DNA of 63,984 nt, the filler included, from an uncultured bacterium (GTDB lineage: Bacteria > CAZSTA01), in NCBI GenBank assembly GCA_964609495.1. It is 4 parts of 4 records of this genome, joined end to end, with 100 filler letters (N's around TTAATTAATTAA, not from the genome) between each part and the next. Parts side by side here need not be neighbours in the genome. Positions count along the whole stretch, not along the records: positions 33,546 to 50,086 come from CAZSTA010000070.1; 3 more parts are not named here. One strand, written 5' to 3'. The translations under genes were made by a program, and so were the position numbers. The notes under the pieces are model-generated. The model was given only the letters and a program-made list of their open reading frames with translations, made no database searches and was not told where the DNA came from. Below, piece by piece: positions 38,374 through 47,431 of the stretch (the first letter of the stretch is position 1; each line of letters starts with the position of its first letter).

Positions 38374-40400
38374 AGGGGGAAATGGTATTATCTGGGCTAT
38401 TTATCGTTCTTTATCTCATTGCTTCGACCTCTCCTCCGATCGCCACCGAATCTGAGATGGAGATTGAAGGGAGAGGAGTATGGGTCGATATGGGAAGCTT
38501 GGGCTTTGGCCCTGAGGATATAAAAAAGATCATAGACAAACTGGCTGATAATAACTTCAATATGCTCTTCGTCCATACCATCCACAACGGTCAAACGATC
38601 TATCCCAGCCGAATAACAGCCCAAGCCTATCAGTTTATAGGTTGGGATCCCCTCGAAGTTATCATCGAAGAGGCACATAAAAGGGGAATGGAGGTTCATA
38701 GTTGGTGCGAGGTATTCTATCAAGGAGGAGGAATCAGCTCCGCCTTGCGAGAAAATCCCGAGTGGGCGCTTAAGAATAGATATGGCTTTAACATCACCCC
38801 TTCAGGTATGCACTGGCTATCTCCAGCGATCCCCGAGGTCAGGAATTATCTCGTGAGCCTATTCGAAGAATTAGTTCGTTCTTATGATATAGATGGCTTA
38901 CACTTGGATTACGTAAGATATCCCTTTGAGGTTCCTCTTCCCTTCGGTTACGAGGAGGCGAGCAGAGGGCGGTATAAGAGTCTAACTGGACTCGATCCAA
39001 TAGACTTTTATCCCCAGCGAACCCCCGAGGATTGGGCGCATTGGTGGGAATGGTCGCTGTGGCGAGAAGATCAAGTAACCGCCTTGGTCAAACAGATCTC
39101 ACTTGAGACTAAGAGGATAAAGCCCGATCTATTACTCTCGGCGGCGGTATTTCCTGATTATCACTACAACAAATATACTCAATTCACCTTGCAGGAGTGG
39201 AAGGAATGGGTGGATAAAGGATACTTAGACTTTATATGCCCGATGGCCTACAGGAGGAATATAATCAAAGTTGGAGAGGCTATCAAAGAGGATCTTGAGA
39301 TAGCTAAGGGAAAAGTTTTAGTATATGCTGGTCTAGGGGTCCATCTAATTCCTTATCCCTCTGAGCTCAACGATCAGATCGATTTGGTCAGGGAGTCAGG
39401 AGCGGCAGGGGTCGTTCTCTTCGCTTATCCCTATCTAAGTTCGGAATATATGCGCAATATTCGAGAAGGAGTTTTCTCCAAGCAGGCTCTGATTCCTCAC
39501 CAGAATCCCGAAGAATCCATCTCCATCTTGTTAGATCAACTGCGAGAAATACTTATAGGTTATGAGGATCTACTCTCCCTCCCTGAAATCGATCCAGTCG
39601 ATAAGGACGATCTGATCTCTCTAGTCGAGGAGATCGATAATCTCTTGGAGAAAATAGATGAAAATTCGCTTATGAATAAGCAGGGGGAAGATATAGCTTC
39701 CCTGACGAGGCGAATAAGGGATATCGCCGGATATGCCTCCAGAGGCATTGTCAGTCCCAGAGCGGTAAAGATCTTCGTTTTTCCCGAGATAGAGCCGAGA
39801 CCATCTGCTATAGTTAGGAGAGCTTCGATTCCCCCGGTGATAGATGGGGTATTAGAGGAGATATGGAATAGCTCGGAGGTATTAACCGATTTCACCCTCA
39901 ATACTGGTCAAGGTGCCTCGCTCTATCCTACCTATGCCTATATTCTATATGATGACGATAACTTATATGTAGGCTTCAGATGTCCAGAAAAAGGAGTGAA
40001 GGATCTCAAGGTATGGGAAAGCAGAAGAGACGGCAACATCTTTCAGGATGACACGGTTGAGGTATTTATAGATACTAATGGAGATGAGGATAGTTATTAC
40101 CACCTAGCGGTAAATACCATCGGGGTTCAGTTCGATCAACAGGTAGCTATATCCAGTGCTTATATGAATAGCGGTTGGAGCGCCTTCTGGCGATCGGCTG
40201 TCAAGGTTGAGGGCGATCTTTATGCGGTGGAGATCGCTATTCCCTTCGAGCATCTGGGGATTTCCAAACCCAAAAGTGGGGAGAGTTGGGGATTAAACTT
40301 GGGCCGAAGTGAGGTGCGCAATTCCCAATTTAGCTCTTGGTCAGGGGTCTATGGAAGCTTTCATACTCCTTGGAGATTCGGAGGGATAACCTTTGAATAG
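38370..40400 (+). CDS. Secreted glycoside hydrolase, GHL10/YddW (DUF187) family, with C-terminal CBM9-like domain
   Basis: EGRGVW; DPLEVIIEEAHKRGMEVHSW; YDIDGLHLDYVRY; PVIDGVLEE.W; YDDDNLY; EIAIPF. Confidence 0.82.
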   Translation: MKGEMVLSGLFIVLYLIASTSPPIATESEMEIEGRGVWVDMGSLGFGPEDIKKIIDKLADNNFNMLFVHTIHNGQTIYPSRITAQAYQFIGWDPLEVIIEEAHKRGMEVHSWCEVFYQGGGISSALRENPEWALKNRYGFNITPSGMHWLSPAIPEVRNYLVSLFEELVRSYDIDGLHLDYVRYPFEVPLPFGYEEASRGRYKSLTGLDPIDFYPQRTPEDWAHWWEWSLWREDQVTALVKQISLETKRIKPDLLLSAAVFPDYHYNKYTQFTLQEWKEWVDKGYLDFICPMAYRRNIIKVGEAIKEDLEIAKGKVLVYAGLGVHLIPYPSELNDQIDLVRESGAAGVVLFAYPYLSSEYMRNIREGVFSKQALIPHQNPEESISILLDQLREILIGYEDLLSLPEIDPVDKDDLISLVEEIDNLLEKIDENSLMNKQGEDIASLTRRIRDIAGYASRGIVSPRAVKIFVFPEIEPRPSAIVRRASIPPVIDGVLEEIWNSSEVLTDFTLNTGQGASLYPTYAYILYDDDNLYVGFRCPEKGVKDLKVWESRRDGNIFQDDTVEVFIDTNGDEDSYYHLAVNTIGVQFDQQVAISSAYMNSGWSAFWRSAVKVEGDLYAVEIAIPFEHLGISKPKSGESWGLNLGRSEVRNSQFSSWSGVYGSFHTPWRFGGITFE

Positions 40401-40440
40401 TCCTCATAGAAAATTTATAGGGAAAGGAGTTGAGTATATA

Positions 40441-41979
40441 GTGATAAGAAGAAAAGTAGTAATTATAGCCTTCATCTCGTTGCTCTTTATATTTCTCACA
40501 ACTAGCGATGTCGATTCCTTTGAGGTACCACAAGCTCCTGCTTATCCAGAGGGAGAGGTAATAGTCAAGTTCTCCCCTAGCATAGCTCAAAGCGCGGATT
40601 TCGCTGAGCATTTAAGGGCCTTAAATCTCAAGATGGGAACAGAGATCATAGGCGAGATTCCAGCCCTTAACGCTTATCTGCTGAAGACCGTTAAGGGCAA
40701 GGGAGTAGAATCCCTAGTCAATAAAATTCTAAAGGAGAATGGGGTAGAATACGCAGAACCCAACTATTATCGTTATGCTTTGGAGGTCCCCAATGATCCG
40801 AAATATCGGTATCAATGGAATTATCGGATCGTCCAGGCCCCTTTAGGCTGGGATATCCAAAAAGGAGACCCCAGTATTATAGTAGCGGTGCTCGATACTG
40901 GCGTGGATCTAAGTCACCCTGACTTAGTGGGGAATTTAACCTCGGGCTATGACTTCGCTTATGGTGATAGTGTGCCTGATGATGTTTCTGGACATGGCAC
41001 TCACGTCTCTGGTACCATTGCCGCGATGACCAATAACGGGATGGGAGTAGCAGGTTTAACCTGGAGATGCTTGATTATGCCGGTAAAGGTTCTGGCTAAC
41101 GAGGGTTGGGGTACTGAATTTGACCTATCGGCTGGTATAGTATATGCCGCCCAAAAGGGAGCTAAAATTATAAATATGAGTCTCGGAAGTTACTACAGTG
41201 GTGAACTGGAGGTCGAAGCGATAGACTACGCTCATAACGGGGGATTAGTGATAGTTGCGGCAACAGGAAACGATGATATTTCCCAAATCGTTTATCCAGC
41301 AGCCTATCCCAATACTATCGCGGTAGGAGCTACCGATCTTCATGATGAACGCGCTTTCTATTCCAACTATGGCGCAACGTTAGATGTGATGGCTCCTGGG
41401 GGAGATATGAGAGTCGATGGTGATGGAGATGGATATCCCGATGGAATCCTGAGCACTCTTCTGGGAGGAACTTATGGATATTATCAAGGGACCTCGATGG
41501 CCACTCCTCACGTCTCAGCTTTAGCCGCTCTTATAATGTCAAAGGGAGTCACCGATAATGGCGAGGTGAGGAATATTATCGAGAGTAGTGTTGATGATCT
41601 AGGAACGCCCGGATGGGATATATATACTGGCTTTGGTAGGATAAACGTCTATCGAGCCCTCAAAGACAAGATACTAACTGTAGTTGCTTACACCAGCCCA
41701 GTATATAGAAATGATATAAAGCTCATAGTTAAATCACCTGTGGATTTAGTCAAAGTCTTCTATCAAATACTATATCGAGGTAGTGTCATATCATCAGGAA
41801 TTGCCCAGAGAGCCTCAAGCGAAGAGATAGGAGGAGCCTCTTCTACAGATTATAAATATTGGGTTGTAGGCGATAGGTTGCCGAGTCCTGGGATGTATGC
41901 TATAACGGTAACTGGTTATAGAGAGGATGGCCGGGAGATCGAGGGGAGCATAACCTATACTCTTTCCGAAGATAGATAG
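40441..41979 (+). CDS. Secreted S8 subtilisin-like serine protease (thermitase-like) with C-terminal extension
   Basis: VAVLDTG; GHGTHVSG; AATGN; QGTSMATPHV; prodomain EYAEPN; GTG start after AAGGAG. Confidence 0.92.
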   Translation: MIRRKVVIIAFISLLFIFLTTSDVDSFEVPQAPAYPEGEVIVKFSPSIAQSADFAEHLRALNLKMGTEIIGEIPALNAYLLKTVKGKGVESLVNKILKENGVEYAEPNYYRYALEVPNDPKYRYQWNYRIVQAPLGWDIQKGDPSIIVAVLDTGVDLSHPDLVGNLTSGYDFAYGDSVPDDVSGHGTHVSGTIAAMTNNGMGVAGLTWRCLIMPVKVLANEGWGTEFDLSAGIVYAAQKGAKIINMSLGSYYSGELEVEAIDYAHNGGLVIVAATGNDDISQIVYPAAYPNTIAVGATDLHDERAFYSNYGATLDVMAPGGDMRVDGDGDGYPDGILSTLLGGTYGYYQGTSMATPHVSALAALIMSKGVTDNGEVRNIIESSVDDLGTPGWDIYTGFGRINVYRALKDKILTVVAYTSPVYRNDIKLIVKSPVDLVKVFYQILYRGSVISSGIAQRASSEEIGGASSTDYKYWVVGDRLPSPGMYAITVTGYREDGREIEGSITYTLSEDR

Positions 41980-41991
41980 GAAGGTGAAATA

Positions 41992-42858
41992 ATGATGAAT
42001 CTTGTCCGATTTTTTAAAGTTATACTGGTTATTATCGCTGCTTGTTCACTCCTTTTAGGTAGCTGTGAACGAGTCATCGCTCCCACTGGTTCAATAGAAG
42101 GGAACATAACTGATGTCGAGGGCAATCCCATAGGGGGAAATAGGGTCACGGTTATCTCTGGCGATATCAAGGGACATCCTAACGACAAGGGATATTATCG
42201 GCTAGGGGATGTTCCAATAGGAGAGCAGGAAATATACGCTCGAATTAGGGATTCTAAGAGTGGAACCCTAATGGTAAGCGACCGGGTGAAGGTGATGATA
42301 ACCAAGGGAATCGTAGTTCGCGCTGATCTAGTGCTTAAGAACGATCACTGGACTTTGGGATGGCAATATTATAGAGATGAGAATTATACTAAGGCTATAA
42401 GTGAATTTGAGAAGGCTTTATCTGAGACGGGAACTGGTCAAGCTACGGATATATCATATTCAGCCTATAATGGTCTGGGCTGGTGCTACGGAAGAGGGAA
42501 GGGCGATTATGCTCGAGCTATAGAGTATTTCCAGAAAGCCTTAAATAATTCGAAGGATATGGATGCTAGAGTGGGGCTGGCTGGAGCATACTTCTCGCGC
42601 TATAAAGATAATGCCGATCTCCAAGAGGCTTTAAGTCAACTCGAGGTGGTCCTAGCTCAAGCAGACGATTACGAATGCGCTCATGATAAGATCAATGCGG
42701 TTGATCTCCACGCGCTAAAAGCGGCGATCTATTGGTATATGAGAGATGTGGACGCCTCGAGAAGAGAGATGGATTATGTAAAACTACGACTTCTATCTGC
42801 CAATAATTCGACTAGAGATTTGATAAGTGCCTTAGAAACTATCTTATCAGATATTTAA
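41992..42858 (+). CDS. Lipoprotein: carboxypeptidase-regulatory-like domain + TPR repeats
   Basis: LLGSC lipobox; TGSIEGNITD; AYNGLGWCY; ARAIEYFQKAL. Confidence 0.75.
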   Translation: MMNLVRFFKVILVIIAACSLLLGSCERVIAPTGSIEGNITDVEGNPIGGNRVTVISGDIKGHPNDKGYYRLGDVPIGEQEIYARIRDSKSGTLMVSDRVKVMITKGIVVRADLVLKNDHWTLGWQYYRDENYTKAISEFEKALSETGTGQATDISYSAYNGLGWCYGRGKGDYARAIEYFQKALNNSKDMDARVGLAGAYFSRYKDNADLQEALSQLEVVLAQADDYECAHDKINAVDLHALKAAIYWYMRDVDASRREMDYVKLRLLSANNSTRDLISALETILSDI

Positions 42859-42998
42859 GTAGTTTCAAAATTTTTTGGCTGAGATATTCAAGATCAGATT
42901 AGCCCTTGAATTCATCTTAAATCACCCTCCCTTGACGGGAGGGTGAGCAGTCTTATCTGGATTTCCCCTCTCTCACGAGGGGAGAGGGTTAAGTTGAG
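42855..42998 (+). repeat. BoxC/REPIN/MITE-like element (variant)
   Basis: Begins TTAAGTAGTTTCAA on the upstream stop codon; shares GCTGAGATATTCRAGATCAGATTAG with 45997-46025; both hairpins present. Confidence 0.8.
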
Positions 42999-43057
42999 AA
43001 TTAAGGAGGAACATCAATGGCACTACGAAAGTGGGACCTGTTTGATGATATAACTGG

Positions 43058-43157
43058 NNNNNNNNNNNNNNNNNNNNNNNNNNNNNNNNNNNNNNNNNNN
43101 NNNNNNNNNNNNNNNNNNNNNNNNNNNNNNNNNNNNNNNNNNNNNNNNNNNNNNNNN
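43058..43157. other. Scaffold gap with duplicated 55-bp flank (assembly artefact)
   Basis: 43003-43057 is identical to 43158-43212. Confidence 0.9.
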
Positions 43158-43171
43158 AAGGAGGAACATCA

Positions 43172-43591
43172 ATGGCACTACGAAAGTGGGACCTGTTTGA
43201 TGATATAACTGGTATCAGAGAGGAATTCCATAAACTATTTAGTGAGATGTTCGGGAGACCGTATTTCCAGGACTTCATTGAGGAAAGGTGTTGGCTTCCC
43301 CCTCTCGATATAATGGGGAATGAAGAGGAAATAATCATCACTGTAGAAGTCCCCGGCATCTCTGAGGATGATATATCTATATCCCTAGCGGAAAAGATGT
43401 TGACTATCAAAGGACGAAAGGAAGCCCAATCCAGTATCGAAGATAGGGTTTACTATCGTAGCGAATGTCCAGTTGGTCCTTTTAAGAGGGTGGTATCCCT
43501 CCCCGAGGGATTTGAGATAGGCGAGATCGAAGCGATATATAAGTATGGAGTCCTGAAGATAACGATAAGTAAAGCTAAACCTAAAAAATAG
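43172..43591 (+). CDS. Hsp20/alpha-crystallin small heat-shock protein
   Basis: WLPPLDI; VEVPG; LTIKG; FKRVVSLP; AIYKYGVLKITI; upstream of lon. Confidence 0.92.
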   Translation: MALRKWDLFDDITGIREEFHKLFSEMFGRPYFQDFIEERCWLPPLDIMGNEEEIIITVEVPGISEDDISISLAEKMLTIKGRKEAQSSIEDRVYYRSECPVGPFKRVVSLPEGFEIGEIEAIYKYGVLKITISKAKPKK

Positions 43592-43611
43592 AGATACAGA
43601 GGTGATCGATA

Positions 43612-45981
43612 ATGGCGGATGAAGTGAAAGATGAAGAGATAGAGATACCAGAAGAATTACCTATTCTGCCTTTGATAGATACCGTGATCTTTCCCTTTAT
43701 GGTGATCCCTCTTTCGGCTGGTAGGGAAAAATCGATTAAAGCCATAGATGATGCGCTATCGAAGAATAGGATCGTCGGTTTAGTTGCCCAGAAACAGGGT
43801 GAAACAAAAGAACCCAAACCAGAAGATATATATGAGGTGGGGACCGCGGCTGGTATCCTCCAGATGTTGAAGATGCCCGATGGTGGCGTGAGGATAATCG
43901 TTCAAGGTCTAGCCAGAATGCGAGTGAAGGAATATACCAAGTTCGAGCCTTATTTAATCGCTAAAGTCGAACATATTCGCGAGATCAGCGAGAAAACAGT
44001 GGAGACCGAGGCTTTAATAAGGCTGATTAGATCTCAGTTCGAAAAGGCGGCTTCGCTGGGAAAGACGATCCCCCAAGAGATCTTAATCAGAGCGATCAAT
44101 ATCGAAAGCCCGGGACAGTTAGCTGATTTCATAGCCTCCACCTTGGACATAAAGTTAGAGGATAGACAGAGGATTCTGGAGATATTCAATCCTGAGGAAA
44201 GATTGCGTGAAGTTAGCATTTTACTCAATAAAGAGCTGGAGATATTGGAGGCGAAGAGCAAGATCCAGTCGGAGATTCAAAAGACTACGGAGAAAACTCA
44301 GCGAGAATATTTTCTTCGTGAGCAGATGAAGGCTATCCAGAGAGAGCTTGGAGAGGCAGATCCGAGAGCCGCGGAGATAGCAGAGTTGAGGGAGAGGGTA
44401 GAAAAAGCTCAATTATCGGAGGCGGCTATAGAAGCGGCTACTAGGGAGATCGATAGGCTGGAGCGAATGAGTCCGGATTCGGCAGAGGCTTCCGTTATCC
44501 GCACTTATCTGGATTGGCTTTTGACCCTGCCCTGGAAGGTTAGGACTGAGGACAATCTGGATATAGATCAGGCAGATAAGATATTGGAGGAGGATCACTA
44601 TGATCTTACCGATGTTAAGGAGAGGATATTAGAGTATCTAGCGGTGAGGAAGCTCAAGGAAAGTGTAAGGGGACCTATCCTTTGCTTTGTGGGTCCTCCA
44701 GGAGTTGGCAAGACCTCCCTGGGGCACTCGATAGCTAGGGCTTTGGGGCGTAAATTTGTTCGGATCTCCTTGGGAGGAGTGAGGGACGAAGCGGAGATCA
44801 GAGGGCATAGGAGAACCTATATCGGCGCTCTACCAGGAAGGATAATTCAGGGGATACGAAATGCTGGAAGTAGCAATCCTGTCTTTATGATGGACGAGAT
44901 AGATAAATTGGGAGCCGATTTCCGAGGTGATCCTTCAGCCGCCCTCTTGGAGGTGCTAGATCCTGAACAGAATAACGCCTTTAGTGATCACTACCTCGAT
45001 GTTCCCTTCGATCTATCGGCAGTGATGTTCATCACCACAGCCAATATCCTCGATACGATACCTCCCGCCCTCCTCGATAGGATGGAGGTCCTGCGTCTGC
45101 CCGGATATATTGAGGAGGAGAAGATCGAGATAGCCAAGCGTTTCCTATTGCCGAGGCAGCTCGAGGAGCATAGCTTAACCAATGATAACCTTGAGATATC
45201 CGAATCCGCTATAGCTAGACTCATAAGTGGCTATACGAGAGAGGCAGGAGTGAGGAATCTGGAGAGGGAACTTGCCACCATCTGTCGTAAGATCGCGAAG
45301 GAGGTGGCGAGGGGAAATACAGAGAAGATCAAGATCGAGGCTGATGATATCCCTAAATACCTAGGTTACCAGAGATTCCGTCCCTCGGAGGCGGAGAAAG
45401 CCGATATGGTGGGAGTAGTGACGGGAATGTCTTGGACATCGACCGGGGGCGATATCCTATCGATAGAGGCGACGATTATGCCTGGCAAAGGAGATCTTAT
45501 CCTGACAGGTCAGCTAGGGGATGTTATGAAGGAATCGGCTCAAGCGGCTTTGAGCTATGCTCGCTCACGAACGGAGAAGTTGAACGTCAAGAATGATAAG
45601 TTCTATAAGGATAGCGATATCCATATCCATGTTCCCGCGGGAGCAACTCCTAAAGATGGTCCCTCCGCGGGGATCACGATGACGACCGCCTTGGTATCGA
45701 TCCTCGCTAATAAGCCGGTGAGGCAAGATATAGCGATGACTGGGGAGATAACCTTACGTGGTCGAGTCCTTCCTGTAGGTGGAATTAAGGAGAAGGTGCT
45801 GGCGGCTCGAAGAGCCGGGATAAAGACAGTCATCCTTCCTAAGGATAACGAAAGCAGTCTGGAGGATATCCCGGAGAACTTGCGGAAGGAGATAAAGTTC
45901 ATATTTGTGGAGAATATGGATGAGGTTCTTAAGGTAGCCTTTAAGGATTCCTCTGATGGGAGCAAGCCAGAGGAAAATTGA
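43612..45981 (+). CDS. lon: ATP-dependent protease La
   Basis: [41 protein letters not shown]. Confidence 0.97.
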   Translation: MADEVKDEEIEIPEELPILPLIDTVIFPFMVIPLSAGREKSIKAIDDALSKNRIVGLVAQKQGETKEPKPEDIYEVGTAAGILQMLKMPDGGVRIIVQGLARMRVKEYTKFEPYLIAKVEHIREISEKTVETEALIRLIRSQFEKAASLGKTIPQEILIRAINIESPGQLADFIASTLDIKLEDRQRILEIFNPEERLREVSILLNKELEILEAKSKIQSEIQKTTEKTQREYFLREQMKAIQRELGEADPRAAEIAELRERVEKAQLSEAAIEAATREIDRLERMSPDSAEASVIRTYLDWLLTLPWKVRTEDNLDIDQADKILEEDHYDLTDVKERILEYLAVRKLKESVRGPILCFVGPPGVGKTSLGHSIARALGRKFVRISLGGVRDEAEIRGHRRTYIGALPGRIIQGIRNAGSSNPVFMMDEIDKLGADFRGDPSAALLEVLDPEQNNAFSDHYLDVPFDLSAVMFITTANILDTIPPALLDRMEVLRLPGYIEEEKIEIAKRFLLPRQLEEHSLTNDNLEISESAIARLISGYTREAGVRNLERELATICRKIAKEVARGNTEKIKIEADDIPKYLGYQRFRPSEAEKADMVGVVTGMSWTSTGGDILSIEATIMPGKGDLILTGQLGDVMKESAQAALSYARSRTEKLNVKNDKFYKDSDIHIHVPAGATPKDGPSAGITMTTALVSILANKPVRQDIAMTGEITLRGRVLPVGGIKEKVLAARRAGIKTVILPKDNESSLEDIPENLRKEIKFIFVENMDEVLKVAFKDSSDGSKPEEN

Positions 45982-45996
45982 TATTCAAGATGGCTA

Positions 45997-46163
45997 TTTT
46001 GCTGAGATATTCGAGATCAGATTAGATCTTGAACTCACCTTAGATCACCCTCCCCTAACCCCTCCCATCAAGGGAGGGGGAACTAAAGAGAGCCAGCTTA
46101 TCTCAATGTTCCCTCTCCCCTCGTGGGAGAGGGCTAGGGTGAGGGGAAAATAAATTTGAATTC
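45997..46163 (+). repeat. BoxC/REPIN/MITE-like element (complete doublet)
   Basis: TCACCCTCCCCTAACCCCTCCC-ATCAA-GGGAGGGG, spacer, CCCTCTCCC-CTCGT-GGGAGAGGG-CTAGGGTGAGGGG. Confidence 0.9.
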
Positions 46164-46182
46164 AGATTGATATATAGAATAT

Positions 46183-46213
46183 AGAGCGGGTGCGTAACGC
46201 ATCCGCTCTTTTT
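46183..46213 (+). terminator. Intrinsic terminator downstream of lon
   Basis: AGAGCGGGTGCG-TAA-CGCATCCGCTCT then TTTT. Confidence 0.75.
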
Positions 46214-46243
46214 ATAACCACTAGCCTAATATATAAAAATCTA

Positions 46244-46298
46244 TTGAAAAGATAACCATTTTGGGGTATAATTACTAAAGATTAGGGTATAATTACTA
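46244..46298 (+). promoter_or_regulatory. Promoter for the PorV-like gene with a duplicated -10 box
   Basis: TTGAAA-17-TATAAT; GGGTATAATTACTA at 46264 and 46285. Confidence 0.6.
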
Positions 46299-46344
46299 GA
46301 AGGTTTTTCCTATTCGAAAGAGGATATAATAAGGAGGTCTAGAA

Positions 46345-47244
46345 ATGAGAAAGTTTGTTATCTTAAACCTGATGGTAGTGATCTTGATGCTTTGTTTTGT
46401 CACCTCGGCCCTTGCCGAGGGAGAAGCTGGAGCTTTCTTGAGGATCGGAGCAGGAGCTAGAGCTTTGGGGATGGGAGGCACTTTTGTCGCTATCGCAGAT
46501 GATTCTACCGCCGCCTACTGGAATCCCGCCGGACTAGCTCAACTTGAGAAGATGGAGATATCGAGTCTCTACAGTGATCAATTTGGTCTTGGTATCAGCT
46601 ATAGCTTCCTCAACTATGCCCATCCTCTACCAGACTCTGCCGCTGCTATTAGCTGGGTGAGGCTCTCGGTAGGAGATATCCCTATCGTTACTAAACAAGG
46701 AGATAGACCGGTAGTAGTGGGATACTTCGAGGATTCGGAGAATGCTATCCTTCTCTCCTATGGAAGGAACCTCACTTCTGATATTATGTTGGGAGCTACA
46801 GTTAAAGGGGTATTCCAGAGCTTAGAGAAGCATAGCGCTTCTGGCTTCGGATTGGATGTAGGAGTCCTCTATAAGACTCCAGTTGAGGATTTGATGGTGG
46901 GAGCTACGTTATTAGATATAGGAACTAGCCTTAACTGGGATACCGATCATACCGATAGTTTCCCTCTAAGAACGAAGCTAGGGGTTTCCTATAAGCTTTT
47001 AGAGGATCAATTGATCTTAGGTGCGGATTACGAGATGGGAGGGATAGAGGATAAATTGCATCTAGGAGCAGAATATTGGTATGAAGGGATGTTTGCAGTA
47101 AGAGCAGGATTAGATGGCGATAATCTAACTGCTGGAGCGGGGATTCGCTATGGAGTAAGTAATACTGATCTGGGCTTCGACTATGCTTTCCTATCGCATG
47201 AGTTAGGTAATACCCATCGCTTATCGCTGATAGCTAGATTCTAA
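46345..47244 (+). CDS. PorV/PorQ (UPF0164) family outer-membrane beta-barrel
   Basis: Signal peptide; AFLRIGAGARALGMGGTFVAIADDSTAAYWNPAGL; FDYAF..HELGNTHRLSL..RF. Confidence 0.85.
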   Translation: MRKFVILNLMVVILMLCFVTSALAEGEAGAFLRIGAGARALGMGGTFVAIADDSTAAYWNPAGLAQLEKMEISSLYSDQFGLGISYSFLNYAHPLPDSAAAISWVRLSVGDIPIVTKQGDRPVVVGYFEDSENAILLSYGRNLTSDIMLGATVKGVFQSLEKHSASGFGLDVGVLYKTPVEDLMVGATLLDIGTSLNWDTDHTDSFPLRTKLGVSYKLLEDQLILGADYEMGGIEDKLHLGAEYWYEGMFAVRAGLDGDNLTAGAGIRYGVSNTDLGFDYAFLSHELGNTHRLSLIARF

Positions 47245-47246
47245 CC

Positions 47247-47401
47247 TTGAATCACCCTCCCATCAAGGGAGGGGGAAATAAAGGGAATCGCAGGTCTCAA
47301 GAATCCCCTCTCCCCTCGTGGGAGAGGGATAGGGTAAGGGGGGAAGCATATCTTGAACTCAGTGAAGAACCAAGAAGAGCAAGTTATTCAAAACTGCTTA
47401 A
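47247..47401 (+). repeat. BoxC/REPIN/MITE-like element
   Basis: Both hairpins; ends AAACTGCTTAA; matches the reverse complement of 16578-16719. Confidence 0.88.
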
Positions 47402-47431
47402 ATCAAAAATCATAACTAAGGAGGAATTTAA

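Noticed and set aside
43003-43212. Apparent tandem duplication of the hsp20 start (ORF 43017-43208)
   Set aside because: Exact 55-bp overlap on both sides of a 100-N gap, typical of a k-mer-sized scaffolding artefact.
45956-46153. Small ORFs with HPPLTPPIKGGG / PLPSWERxRVRG peptides (also 47247-47435, 55177-55539, and the N-terminal 51 aa of ORF 20510-21106)
   Set aside because: Translations of the intergenic repeat rather than a protein family.
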